Source of the DNA: Christensenella sp. UBA3217
GTDB lineage: Bacteria > Bacillota > Clostridia > Christensenellales > CAG-1252
Direction: 5' to 3'
DNA: 64,000 nt
Assembly: GCA_002363545.1 (NCBI GenBank)
Contig: DEWF01000001.1
Span: 240,272 to 304,271, forward strand
Under the pieces are notes generated by a model. The model did no database searches. It was not told where the DNA came from and was given only the letters and a program-made list of their open reading frames with translations. A program made the position numbers and the translations under genes. This document shows positions 10,304 through 20,037 of the stretch, in pieces (the first letter of the stretch is position 1; every line of letters begins with the position of its first letter).

Positions 10304-10868
10304 CGGTGGTGCAGTATTCTAGTCAGAACACACACATACGAGGACGGGGGTAAAAGACCGTCGTAGGGCACATCGATGAAGTTTCTTGTGTTGGCTCGTT
10401 TTGCCCAAATTCGGGTCGATGCTGGGAGTTAAGAATCGTGGGCGTTTCGTAACGGCATACGAAAGCCGACCCACCTTTCGTGGAGACCTACAATGGTGGT
10501 CGGGAACCGGGCACTGTGTGGGATTAAACCTGCAATGCGGTAATAAGCTGTGTGCAGAGTAGCCTGCCTTGAGTGAAATAGGCGGATTGGGAACCACACC
10601 GTATATGTCGGCAGACATATACCGGTGATTGCCCATGAAACTTAAATTGCAAAAGAGGATAAGTCGTGTGTGGTCTGTTAAGGAAATCTTCTAGACTGTA
10701 TTCGGTAATGTAAGGATTATAGTGCGACCTTAGTGGTGATTCAGTTGCGTGAGGGGTGACCCCCGCCTTGCGGATCAAAAGGAAACTGCGCGTTCGGCGA
10801 CGGCGCGTTTCGCATGGGGAAATCCTACTGGACCTATGGCGCAAGGTTTACTTGCATTACTACCACCG
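10304..10868 (+). ncRNA. ole: OLE RNA (ornate, large, extremophilic)
   Basis: ~565-nt structured intergenic region in the canonical ispA-OLE-oapA-dxs-tlyA context. The 5' CGGTGGT(GC)AGTA pairs with the 3' TACTACCACCG. Internal hairpins include GTATATGTC-GGCA-GACATATAC (10601-10622). Confidence 0.88.
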
Positions 10869-10888
10869 ATTTTTAAAGGAGTCAGCTC

Positions 10889-11533
10889 TTGAAAGAAGAC
10901 GCGGAAAATAAAGTTTCTTTACAAGAAGAGAGCTCAACGAAAGAGCGACAAAAAAGAAAGGGTGAAAAAAAGAATCTTTGGCCCTTAAAAGTTACGATCA
11001 TCACTCTTGTGTTGTCGGCATTTTTTAGTTTTTCTACAGAAATTCTCACCAATAAAAGTAATTTGATCGTGGCATTTTTGATCTGCGTCCTTTTGATTTT
11101 GATCAGTATCATCTTTGATGGGATTGGCGTTGCCGTAACCAATTGCGATATTAAACCTCTTACGTCCATGGCGTCAAGACGAGTGCCGGGCAGTAAGCGT
11201 GCGATACGTTTGGTGCAAAACTCGGAAAAAGTAAGTAGTATTTGTTGTGACGTGATCGGTGATATATGCGGTGTTATATCGGGCGCTTGTTCGGCTGCTA
11301 TCGTTATTCAGATCATTGCGTTATCCGGTTCTACCCATCAACTCATCATATCCATTGCCATGAGCGCAACGATCGCGGCATTGACCGTTGGCGGAAAGGC
11401 GATCGGAAAGACCATTGCCATTCGCAATTCAAAAGAGCTGGTTATGCTTACCGCTCGCATCCTCGGACTGTTTAGTCGGGAAGGCAGAAAGGAGAAAAAA
11501 CATGCTTCTGAAAAGAAAAAATCTTCCCGCTGA
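10889..11533 (+). CDS. oapA: OLE-associated membrane protein A
   Basis: Multi-TM 214 aa protein with SMASRRVPG..RAIRL and CCDVIGDICG (DxxxD motif); immediately follows OLE; AAGGAG RBS, TTG start. Confidence 0.85.
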   Translation: MKEDAENKVSLQEESSTKERQKRKGEKKNLWPLKVTIITLVLSAFFSFSTEILTNKSNLIVAFLICVLLILISIIFDGIGVAVTNCDIKPLTSMASRRVPGSKRAIRLVQNSEKVSSICCDVIGDICGVISGACSAAIVIQIIALSGSTHQLIISIAMSATIAALTVGGKAIGKTIAIRNSKELVMLTARILGLFSREGRKEKKHASEKKKSSR

Positions 11534-13211
11534 TATCAAAACGCTTACTTTGGACGAACTGAGCGTTCTTTCCAATGAGGTCAGGCAAAGGATCATAGAA
11601 GTAACTCTTCAAAACGGAGGGCATATCGGGGCCTCTCTCGGGGCGGTGGAGCTTATCGTATCACTTTTGCACGTTTTTGATGCGGATAACGATAAAATAG
11701 TGTTTGACGTTGGCCATCAAGCCTATGCTTATAAAATACTTACCGGCAGGAATGATGCCTTTGATTCTTTGCGTACCTTTGGGGGGATCAGCGGTTTCCC
11801 AAAACCTTCCGAAAGCAAGTACGATCATTTTGTTGGCGGACACGCAGGAAATGCTGTTTCCGCGGCTTGCGGTTATGCAATGGCTCGCAAACTATCGGGG
11901 AAAGATTATCAAGTGATATCCGTACTTGGCGATGGGGTGCTTGTGAACGGAGAAACCGCAGAAGGCCTTAATCTTGCATCTTCTTCCGGTAAACAGATCA
12001 TTGTAATAAACGATAACACTTTTTCCATATCTGCCGGCGTGGGCAGTATCCCGGACTATTTGAAAGACTTGCGTGAAAAACGTTACGATGGGAGGGTTTT
12101 AACGGGAGAAAAGAGTCCTTTTGCCATGTACGCTTTGGATTATTTAGGGCCAATAGACGGGCACGATGTAAAAACCCTCGTTAAGGCCTTTGAAATTGCA
12201 AAAGAGAATAAAACCTCTATCGTTTTACATATTGTCACCAGCAAAGGAAAAGGGTTTGCAATAGCGGAACAAAACCCCTTAAAATTGCACGGTATCTCCC
12301 CAAAAGGTGAAGTTTCAAAAGAGGGCTTTGGTAAAGTGTTTGGGGATACCCTCATAAAATTGCGCGAAAAAGATGATAAAGTTGTTGCCGTTGCGGCAGC
12401 AATGGCTATCGGGACCGGTTTAACGAGTTTTATCAATCGATTCCCGAACAGTTTTATTGACGTGGGTATTGCGGAAAGTACGGCCGTAAGCGTTGCCGCG
12501 GCACTCGCTCGTGCAGGATATAAGCCTTACGTTGCCATTTATTCCACCTTTTTACAACGTGCCTATGATCAGCTTTTATATGACGTTGCGCTTGACAACT
12601 TAAACGTTACGTTCCTGCTTGATCGCTCCGGTATCGTTGGGGAAGATGGAGAATCCCATCAAGGTATTTATGATCTTTCTTTGTTGTCATCCGTGCCCAA
12701 GTGTAAAGTTGCTTCTCCCGCTACCTATCAAGAACTGGAACTATTGCTTGATTGGTCGCAAAAAACGGATGGCGTGAAGGTGATACGTTATCCTAAGGGC
12801 GGTACCGAATTGTCTAATGCTTGTGACGGGGCATTCCCTTTCTGGCAGATGCTTTCTTATGGAAAAGACGGTTATTTGATCGCACATGGCGCGGCAATGT
12901 TGCAGGTGGCAAAGGATGCGATCGGCATGTTGAAAGAAAAAGGGAGGGAAATAGGGCTCGTAAACGCGCGCTTCATTTCACCGATAGACTGTGCTTGTTT
13001 GGATCAAATTAAACATTTACCTTTGTTTACGGCTGAGGACGTGGTGTATGCGGGATCTCTTTCCGAACATCTTTCCGCCATGGGGTATTCCATTCATAAA
13101 GCATTCACGCTTCCCAATACGTACGTGACTTTCGGTAAGCCTGCCGAATTGCGTTCTCTTTATCGGATCGATGCCGCATCTATTGCAGAGGAGATCCTCA
13201 ATGAGGCTTGA
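11502..13211 (+). CDS. dxs: 1-deoxy-D-xylulose-5-phosphate synthase
   Basis: GGHIGASLG, FDVGHQAY, GPIDGHD, DVGIAE, DRSGIVGEDGESHQG; start moved to ATG 11502 (AGGAG RBS). Confidence 0.95.
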   Translation: MLLKRKNLPADIKTLTLDELSVLSNEVRQRIIEVTLQNGGHIGASLGAVELIVSLLHVFDADNDKIVFDVGHQAYAYKILTGRNDAFDSLRTFGGISGFPKPSESKYDHFVGGHAGNAVSAACGYAMARKLSGKDYQVISVLGDGVLVNGETAEGLNLASSSGKQIIVINDNTFSISAGVGSIPDYLKDLREKRYDGRVLTGEKSPFAMYALDYLGPIDGHDVKTLVKAFEIAKENKTSIVLHIVTSKGKGFAIAEQNPLKLHGISPKGEVSKEGFGKVFGDTLIKLREKDDKVVAVAAAMAIGTGLTSFINRFPNSFIDVGIAESTAVSVAAALARAGYKPYVAIYSTFLQRAYDQLLYDVALDNLNVTFLLDRSGIVGEDGESHQGIYDLSLLSSVPKCKVASPATYQELELLLDWSQKTDGVKVIRYPKGGTELSNACDGAFPFWQMLSYGKDGYLIAHGAAMLQVAKDAIGMLKEKGREIGLVNARFISPIDCACLDQIKHLPLFTAEDVVYAGSLSEHLSAMGYSIHKAFTLPNTYVTFGKPAELRSLYRIDAASIAEEILNEA

Positions 13212-13917
13212 TCTCTATTTGTCTGAAAGAGAGGGTATCTCTCGCACGCGCGCGCAAAACCTCATTAAAACAGGTGGCGTAAAGGTGGATGGTGTGCTCG
13301 TGGACAAACCTTCCATTGAGGTAAACACTTTATCCGATATCATCGTAACGGATACAGTAAAATACGCGTCACTTGGCGGTATTAAACTGGAGAACGCTTT
13401 AAACACCTTTGGGATAAACGTAAATGGATTGCATTGTTTGGATGTAGGCGCGGCAAACGGCGGTTTTACCGATTGTTTGCTGAAACAGGGTGCCGCTTCT
13501 GTTTGCGCAGTGGATCTTACCATAGCGTTTCCGTCAGATCTTATAAACGATAAGCGGGTGACAATTTTGGATCATACCAACGTGAAGGATCTAAAAACCG
13601 CGATCGGAGATCAGACTTTTGATTTTCTTTGTGCCGACCTTAGCTTTATTTCTCTTACGGGAATGTTTGAACTGTTTTCGTCATTTCTTAAAGCGGAAGG
13701 AAAGGCGGTACTTCTTTTCAAACCACAATTTGAAGTAGGGCGTAAATTTTTACCAAAGAGCGGTGTGGTTCGAGATAAAAAAGCCATAGAAAAAACGTTT
13801 TCTGCTTTTTTAAGCGCAGCACGTGTTGCCGGATTTAAGCCGGTTGGACATTGCGCGGTGCCGGATGTTTTCCCCGATAAAAATGAGGAACGTACCGTAT
13901 ATTTTACAAAATTGTAA
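13201..13917 (+). CDS. tlyA: TlyA family rRNA 2'-O-methyltransferase (YqxC-like)
   Basis: S4 domain MRLDLYL, LDVGAANGGFTDCLL, KPQFEVG. Confidence 0.92.
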   Translation: MRLDLYLSEREGISRTRAQNLIKTGGVKVDGVLVDKPSIEVNTLSDIIVTDTVKYASLGGIKLENALNTFGINVNGLHCLDVGAANGGFTDCLLKQGAASVCAVDLTIAFPSDLINDKRVTILDHTNVKDLKTAIGDQTFDFLCADLSFISLTGMFELFSSFLKAEGKAVLLFKPQFEVGRKFLPKSGVVRDKKAIEKTFSAFLSAARVAGFKPVGHCAVPDVFPDKNEERTVYFTKL

Positions 13918-13966
13918 TAATTTTCACAAATAATTCATTTTTCAGTCGCATTTTTGCATAAAACTG

Positions 13967-13995
13967 TTGTCTTTAATGAATATTCGTATTATAAT
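13967..13995 (+). promoter_or_regulatory. SigA promoter, leaderless nadK
   Basis: TTGTCT-N17-TATAAT-N6-ATG with no SD. Confidence 0.6.
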
Positions 13996-14001
13996 AACGG
14001 T

Positions 14002-14784
14002 ATGAAATACTGTTTAGTCATAAATCATTCCAAACCTCTTGCAGAGGCTTTTGCAAAAGAGTTTTCCGCCGAAATTCAGGCGCGAGGCTCTTCTTTTTAT
14101 GCTTTTGACGGCGCCATCCTTGACGGTACGGACTATGCAGTGGTCTTTGGTGGGGACGGCACTATCTTAAAGTTCATTCGTTCCACACATCCTCAGGTTC
14201 CCGTCCTGGGCATTAATTGTGGTAAAATGGGCTTTTTGGCGGAATCCGGAAAGACTGCCTCGGAGTATTTGGATGATCTTGCAAACAAAAATTACGAGCT
14301 TGATAGGCGTTATTTTTTGAAGATCCGTATTGGCTCCGAAGTTCATTATGCTCTTAACGAAGCCGTTATCGGCAGGGGTGATACGATCAATTTGATGGAC
14401 GTGCAGGTATTTACCCAGGGTGGGTCATTGGATCGTTATCGTGCCGATGGGGTGATCCTTGCAACTCCTACGGGCTCCACAGCATATTCTTTATCTGCCG
14501 GTGGTCCTGTGCTCAGCCCCAAGGTGCCGGCGTTTGTTGTGACGCCTATTTGTCCGCATAGTTTACAATCGCGGCCCATCGTTTTGCCAAATGAAGAAAC
14601 GGTAACGATTAAAGCCGCAACCGCAGGGAAATGTGTGATCGTGGTGGATGGTATTACCGTATATTCGCAAGAAAAAGAGGTGGAAGTTTCCGTCACGGGC
14701 GGAACGGATTCCGTATCTTTCGTTAGGATTGATAAACGCAGTTTTTACAGCATTATGCTGAGTAAATTTACCAAAGGAAAATAA
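14002..14784 (+). CDS. nadK: NAD(+) kinase
   Basis: GGDGT, GINCGKMGFL, ALNE, ADGVILATPTGSTAYSLSAGGP. Confidence 0.95.
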   Translation: MKYCLVINHSKPLAEAFAKEFSAEIQARGSSFYAFDGAILDGTDYAVVFGGDGTILKFIRSTHPQVPVLGINCGKMGFLAESGKTASEYLDDLANKNYELDRRYFLKIRIGSEVHYALNEAVIGRGDTINLMDVQVFTQGGSLDRYRADGVILATPTGSTAYSLSAGGPVLSPKVPAFVVTPICPHSLQSRPIVLPNEETVTIKAATAGKCVIVVDGITVYSQEKEVEVSVTGGTDSVSFVRIDKRSFYSIMLSKFTKGK

Positions 14785-14788
14785 GATT

Positions 14789-15247
14789 ATGGCTTGTGAT
14801 AATAGAAGGCTTAGGATCCTTGAATTGATCAAAAAATACAATATTGCCAGACAAGAACAACTTGTTGATTTATTGAATGCGGAAGGTTATAACGTAACGC
14901 AAGCAACGGTTTCTCGTGATATCAATGAACTGAAATTGAAAAAGATTAAAGAGGATGGTGTGTTTCGTTATGTGCAAAGTGCCCGTGATTACACAAATGG
15001 GGATGACAAAACTTCCGCTATCTTCAAGCAAACCGTTCATTCCGTCAATATTTGCGGAAACTTGATCGTCATTAAGACCTTGGCGGGTAGTGCAAACGCC
15101 GTTTGTGCTATTATCGATAGTTTTAATCTTACCGGTGTGTATGGAACGATCGCAGGTGACGATTGTATTTTCGTTGCGACGGATCCCGATCATGCAGAGA
15201 ACATTGTGAACCGTTTTAAAGCGTTTCTTTCCGCGGAAAAAGAATGA
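14789..15247 (+). CDS. argR: Arginine repressor
   Basis: TQATVSRDINEL, GTIAGDD. Confidence 0.95.
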   Translation: MACDNRRLRILELIKKYNIARQEQLVDLLNAEGYNVTQATVSRDINELKLKKIKEDGVFRYVQSARDYTNGDDKTSAIFKQTVHSVNICGNLIVIKTLAGSANAVCAIIDSFNLTGVYGTIAGDDCIFVATDPDHAENIVNRFKAFLSAEKE

Positions 15248-16956
15248 TTTTACAGCTTCATATCAAAAATATTGCCTTAATTGAAGAGTGCACCCTATCT
15301 TTTGGAGATAAATTGACCGTATTAAGTGGTGAAACGGGCGCGGGAAAGTCTATTATCATAGATTCTCTTGGCTTTGTTTTGGGTGCGCGAGCAGATAAGG
15401 GGTTGATCCGCCACGGCGCTTCTCAGGCTCAGGTAGAAGCGGTTTTTGACGTGTCCGACAGCGTAGGTGTGAAGCAAAAAATGGTAGAACTTGGCTTGGA
15501 AGAAGAGGATACTTTGATTTTAAGCCGTACGATGAGCGAGAATAAGTCGGAAGTAAGGTTGAATGGCAAGATTGCCTCGCTATCCATGTTAAAAGAATTG
15601 GGCTCGCGCTTGGTAGATATTCTCGGTCAGCATGAAAATCAATCACTGCTGAGCGTATCCACCCATATTGATCTTTTGGATAAATACGGGGAAAAGGAGA
15701 TATTTGCCTTAAAAACCGAGATCGCCACCCTTTATGATCGTTACCGTGAAATAGAAAAAAAACTTTCTGATTACGGGGATGAGCAAGCCCGCGCCCGTAA
15801 AATCGATTTATTAAAGTATCAAATAGATGAAATTGCGCAAGCGGAATTAAAAGAGGGCGAAGAAGAATCGCTTTTGGCAGATAGAGAACGCTTTCGCAAT
15901 TCCGAAAAGATACTAAACGCGGTAGGTGCTTCTGCATCCTGTTTGGAAGGGGATGAGGCATATAGTGCGCCTTCTGCCGTTTCCATGGCAATGAATTCCT
16001 TAAAACAGGCAATTTCATACGATCCTGCAATCGAAAGCCTTTATAACAGGCTGGATTCGGCGTATGTGGAGCTGAAAGATATCCTTGATGAATTAACGGG
16101 ATATATCGATTCCTTTGATTTTGACGATGCTAAAGCCGATTTTGTTGAGAAGAGGGTAGATCTTATTCGTTCCATGAAACGCAAATATGGCGCTACGGTT
16201 GAAGAGATCCTTTCTCGCTATGATGTTTTCCAAAAGGAATATGAAACGCTTTTGGACGCAGATGCAGAGATCGAGCAATTACAAAAGAATCGTAATGAGA
16301 TCTATTCGGATCTTATCATGAAATCGGATCGCTTAACCGAAACTCGCAAACATGCCGCCAAGGAATTGAAAAGCGAAATTGAAAGAGAACTTTCCGAACT
16401 TGGTATGAAGGGTAGTATATTTGAAGTTTCGATCGGTTCGGCGGAGGAATATTTAAGTGAAACGGGTTGTGATAGGGTGGAATTTTTAATTTCTCCCAAC
16501 CCGGGTGAGCCTGTAAGGAGTTTGTCAAAAATTATTTCCGGCGGTGAAATGTCCAGGTTCATGCTTGCACTGAAAGTGATCACATCTCGTTTGGACGGTA
16601 TTCAAACTTTGGTGTTCGACGAGGTTGATGCGGGCATCAGCGGTAAGATAGGGGAAGTTGTTGCTGAAAAACTTGCATTGGTTTCTGCAACTCGTCAAGT
16701 GATAGCCATTACCCATTTGCCACAAGTTGCAGCTATGAGCGACAGCCATTATTTGATCGAAAAAACCACAGATGGCAGTGCAACGCATACCTCTTTGATT
16801 GCACTTACCGAAGAGGGGATCGTTAAAGAAGTTGAGCGCTTGTCAGCGGGGGCGGGCACTTATGGTAGCTTACATGCGCAAGAGCTTAGGTCTATTGCTT
16901 TGCGCAAGAAAGATGCTATAAGATCGTCAAACAATTCTAAATTAGTCCGTTTTTAA
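15244..16956 (+). CDS. recN: DNA repair protein RecN
   Basis: LSGETGAGKS, SGGEMSRFML, VFDEVDAGISG, ITHLPQVA. Confidence 0.96.
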   Translation: MILQLHIKNIALIEECTLSFGDKLTVLSGETGAGKSIIIDSLGFVLGARADKGLIRHGASQAQVEAVFDVSDSVGVKQKMVELGLEEEDTLILSRTMSENKSEVRLNGKIASLSMLKELGSRLVDILGQHENQSLLSVSTHIDLLDKYGEKEIFALKTEIATLYDRYREIEKKLSDYGDEQARARKIDLLKYQIDEIAQAELKEGEEESLLADRERFRNSEKILNAVGASASCLEGDEAYSAPSAVSMAMNSLKQAISYDPAIESLYNRLDSAYVELKDILDELTGYIDSFDFDDAKADFVEKRVDLIRSMKRKYGATVEEILSRYDVFQKEYETLLDADAEIEQLQKNRNEIYSDLIMKSDRLTETRKHAAKELKSEIERELSELGMKGSIFEVSIGSAEEYLSETGCDRVEFLISPNPGEPVRSLSKIISGGEMSRFMLALKVITSRLDGIQTLVFDEVDAGISGKIGEVVAEKLALVSATRQVIAITHLPQVAAMSDSHYLIEKTTDGSATHTSLIALTEEGIVKEVERLSAGAGTYGSLHAQELRSIALRKKDAIRSSNNSKLVRF

Positions 16957-17075
16957 TAATATTGCTATACATTTTTCCGTAAATTAGAACACCTTTCTAC
17001 ATTTTTCCAAATAAAGATGTGGCCTAAACTGAGTAAATCACTTCACTTTGCAAATGATAAAAGCGAGGTGACGAA

Positions 17076-18089
17076 ATGAAGTGTAGGATCATACAGGTGC
17101 TTCTTTTTACTTTTCTAATAGTATCATTTACCTTTTATCCAACCACAATCACCTATGCCGAAGGTGAAAAGGTTTATCTCGGTGGAATCCCCATCGGGAT
17201 CGGGCTTGCCGAAAAAGGGTTGATCGTTACGGGCATGGTTGATGTGATCACCGATGAGGGGAGCTTTTGTCCCGCTCGCGGCAGCGAAATTTTGACCGAT
17301 GACGTGATTGTTAAAGTAAATGGAACAGAAGTTAGCGGCGTAAGCGAATTTGCAAGCGAACTACAAAAATCGGGAAATCATGTTGATCTTACTTTAAAAA
17401 GAGGGGATCGTGAGTATAACGTCTCACTTTCTCCCGTCACCGATGCTTTGACAGGGCTCAAAAAGGTCGGATTGGTTTTGAAAAACGGGATAAACGGCAT
17501 TGGCACCCTAACTTTTATTACAAAAGAGGATAAATTCGGTGCTTTGGGACATGGGATTGTTGATGTGGATACCGGAAAACCCTTTATTACCGATGAAGGA
17601 TCTATATATTCCTGTTTGATAAACGGATACCGAAGACCTGAGGCGGGAAAAGCGGGAGAGTTATCGGGTAAATTCATGAATCGCGATGAACCTATCGGAA
17701 AGATAACAAAATGCAATGAATTTGGTGTATACGGAACTGTTTTACCTGTGGTAAAAGATGATTTGAAAGAAATAACGCTCGGGAATAAGAGTGATATTCG
17801 AACAGGTCCGGCCCTAATATATTCAACTATTTCCGGGAATGTTCCGAAAGCATACAAAATCGATATAATCAAATTGTCGAATCAACAGAAACCTACAGAA
17901 AAAAGCATGCTGATCCGCGTGACCGATAAGGAGCTTTTAGCGGAAACAGGTGGCATTTTACAAGGAATGAGTGGTAGTCCGATCGTGCAAAACGGTAAAC
18001 TGATAGGGGCGGTGACTCACGTTCTCGTAAACGACAGCACCTTAGGATATGGTTTATATATCGATTGGATGATCGAAAACGCCGCATAA
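17076..18089 (+). CDS. spoIVB: SpoIVB peptidase (S55, PDZ)
   Basis: GIGTLTF, GALGHGI, TGGILQGMSGSPIVQNGKLIGAVTHV. Confidence 0.95.
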   Translation: MKCRIIQVLLFTFLIVSFTFYPTTITYAEGEKVYLGGIPIGIGLAEKGLIVTGMVDVITDEGSFCPARGSEILTDDVIVKVNGTEVSGVSEFASELQKSGNHVDLTLKRGDREYNVSLSPVTDALTGLKKVGLVLKNGINGIGTLTFITKEDKFGALGHGIVDVDTGKPFITDEGSIYSCLINGYRRPEAGKAGELSGKFMNRDEPIGKITKCNEFGVYGTVLPVVKDDLKEITLGNKSDIRTGPALIYSTISGNVPKAYKIDIIKLSNQQKPTEKSMLIRVTDKELLAETGGILQGMSGSPIVQNGKLIGAVTHVLVNDSTLGYGLYIDWMIENAA

Positions 18090-18099
18090 CGCGGTTTTT

Positions 18100-18128
18100 A
18101 CATATTTTAGAGCTTACACTCATATCTT
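18100..18128 (+). promoter_or_regulatory. SigE-like promoter
   Basis: ACATATT-N14-CATATCTT, 6 nt before ATG 18135. Confidence 0.55.
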
Positions 18129-18134
18129 TATGAT

Positions 18135-18749
18135 ATGAAGTATGGCTTGAGATCGCGTTTTTACTATTTGAAACTTGATTTGAAAGAAAGTATAAAACAT
18201 AATAAAAGACGATTGATTGCGCTTTATGGGTGGCTGTTGGCGGGAATGGCTATTGGTATTTATATCGGAGTTAAGATCGGTGAAAAAAACGCGCCATTCG
18301 GAATGTTTTCGGAACTGTTTCATCTGAAATATGAACCTTTTTCTCACGTTTGGCCTGATTTTTTACGCTTTTTCCTCTTTGCTTTCTTGTGTGCTCTATG
18401 TTATTTTTTGCCATTTCCAACCATATACCCGGCACTTGCCGCGTTGTTCTTCGGAAAATACTTCGGTCAGCTCGCCTGCGTTGTTTTCTTAACAGATTCT
18501 TTGATCGCTTCTTTACTTTCGTGTGTTCTTTTATACATACCTCTGTTGATCGTAGGCGGTTGGCTTTTATTTAGGATATCCTTAAAATGCGGTGAATTTA
18601 GGCTTTGCAATGGAACGGACCCTTGTAAAAACAGCTTAAAACGTGCCGGAGCAACGTTGCTATTAAGCCTAATTATGTACCTTTTGCTCCTTTTTTTACT
18701 TTACGTTATGCTTTGCGGTCTTATTTATTTGATCGTCATAGCACTTTAA
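18135..18749 (+). CDS. Polytopic membrane protein, probably SpoIIM-like
   Basis: About 5 hydrophobic segments, SigE-like promoter, sporulation neighbourhood upstream of dacF; the family call is inferred. Confidence 0.5.
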   Translation: MKYGLRSRFYYLKLDLKESIKHNKRRLIALYGWLLAGMAIGIYIGVKIGEKNAPFGMFSELFHLKYEPFSHVWPDFLRFFLFAFLCALCYFLPFPTIYPALAALFFGKYFGQLACVVFLTDSLIASLLSCVLLYIPLLIVGGWLLFRISLKCGEFRLCNGTDPCKNSLKRAGATLLLSLIMYLLLLFLLYVMLCGLIYLIVIAL

Positions 18750-18757
18750 GCCTTTTC

Positions 18758-18786
18758 GAATAGCGGTTTTTGTTTTTTCCATACTA
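18758..18786 (+). promoter_or_regulatory. SigG/SigF-like promoter of dacF
   Basis: GAATA-N17-CATACTA followed by a GAGGTG RBS. Confidence 0.5.
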
Positions 18787-18801
18787 TTCGTGAGGTGAAC
18801 T

Positions 18802-19950
18802 ATGAAAAAAATCTTTATATTTCTTGTTTTAATGTTGATGCTCGTAGGATTGGTTGCTCCCATAGGATCCATTGCCCAAGCGGAAAACCTTCCCGCCGTT
18901 CAGGCAAAAAGCGCCTATTTGATGGATAAACGAACGGGGCAAATGCTTTATGGTCAAAGGGAAAACGATCATTTTCCGATTGCCAGCATGGTTAAGATCA
19001 TGACGGCGCTTTTGACCTTTGAGGAGATTGAAAAGGGCTCGCTCACTTTCGACGAAAAGATACTGATCAGTGACGAAGCCTCCGGAATGGGCGGAAGTCA
19101 AATGTTTTTGGAGAGCGGTGACGAATATCCCGTCACAGATCTCTTGAAAGGTGTGATCGTGGTATCCGCAAACGATGCTTGCGTTGCTCTTGCCGAACGC
19201 ATAGCCGGTTCGGAGGCTGCTTTTGTGGAACGCATGAATGAAAGGGCAAAATCCCTCGGCATGAAGAACACGATGTTTGTAAATGCCACCGGCCTTCCTA
19301 AAGAAGGCGGTTACAGCTCCGCTCACGACGTTGCGCTCATGCTATCGGAGCTTACCAATCACGAAAGATATTACGATTACAGCAAGATTTGGTTGGAAGA
19401 TTATACCCATCCCGATGGCAGGATCACCACCCTTACCAATACAAACAAATTCGTTCGCTTTTATGACGAATGCGACGGGGGAAAGACGGGATATACTTCC
19501 GAAGCAAAGTTTTGTCTTTCCGCTTGTGCTACTCGAGGGGATACCAAATTGATCTCTGTTGTGATCGGAGCAGATGACAGCAAAACGCGTTTTGCAGAAA
19601 GTAAACGACTTTTGTTGTACGGGTTTGCAAACTACAAAACGGAAATATTGGTAAAAAAGGGAGAATCGGCTTTCCTTTGCCCGGTAACGAGAGGAAAAGA
19701 AAAAGAGGTGCCGGCTTATGCCGAGCAAGACATTTCGGTGCTCTATAAAACCGGTTCGGAGCAGGGAGAATATGACGTTCAAACCAGCTATTATCATGTG
19801 AAAGCGCCTGTAAAAAAGGGTGATAAAGTAGGCGAAGTTAAATTGATGAATAACGGAGAGGAAAAGGTGGTTTATTTGATCGCAGCAAAAGACATTTATA
19901 AGGCCGGGATATCGGATATTTATAAACGAATAGCGGAAAAAATGGCATAA
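18802..19950 (+). CDS. dacF: D-alanyl-D-alanine carboxypeptidase (DacF-like)
   Basis: Signal peptide, ASMVK (SxxK), SAND (SxN), GKTG. Confidence 0.85.
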   Translation: MKKIFIFLVLMLMLVGLVAPIGSIAQAENLPAVQAKSAYLMDKRTGQMLYGQRENDHFPIASMVKIMTALLTFEEIEKGSLTFDEKILISDEASGMGGSQMFLESGDEYPVTDLLKGVIVVSANDACVALAERIAGSEAAFVERMNERAKSLGMKNTMFVNATGLPKEGGYSSAHDVALMLSELTNHERYYDYSKIWLEDYTHPDGRITTLTNTNKFVRFYDECDGGKTGYTSEAKFCLSACATRGDTKLISVVIGADDSKTRFAESKRLLLYGFANYKTEILVKKGESAFLCPVTRGKEKEVPAYAEQDISVLYKTGSEQGEYDVQTSYYHVKAPVKKGDKVGEVKLMNNGEEKVVYLIAAKDIYKAGISDIYKRIAEKMA

Positions 19951-19955
19951 AACGT

Positions 19956-19983
19956 GGGGCGCGGATAAACCGCGCCTCTTTTT
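19956..19983 (+). terminator. Intrinsic terminator
   Basis: GGCGCGG-ATAAA-CCGCGCC plus T-tract. Confidence 0.8.
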
Positions 19984-20037
19984 GTGCATTATTTTGAAAT
20001 CGGTTGACGAAACTATTTTAATAAAATATAATATTTT

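Noticed and set aside
10319-10844. Two - strand ORFs (105 and 106 aa) in the ispA-oapA gap
   Set aside because: They have no RBS or recognisable motifs and are better explained as shadows of the OLE RNA on the + strand.
11388-11501. N-terminal extensions given by the ORF track (dxs, miaA, dnaX, lexA, spoVAD and others)
   Set aside because: Family homology and the RBS or promoter positions support the downstream starts reported.
16986-16999. GAAC-ACCT-TTCT as an SOS box
   Set aside because: The right half matches poorly, and it lies downstream of recN rather than at its promoter.
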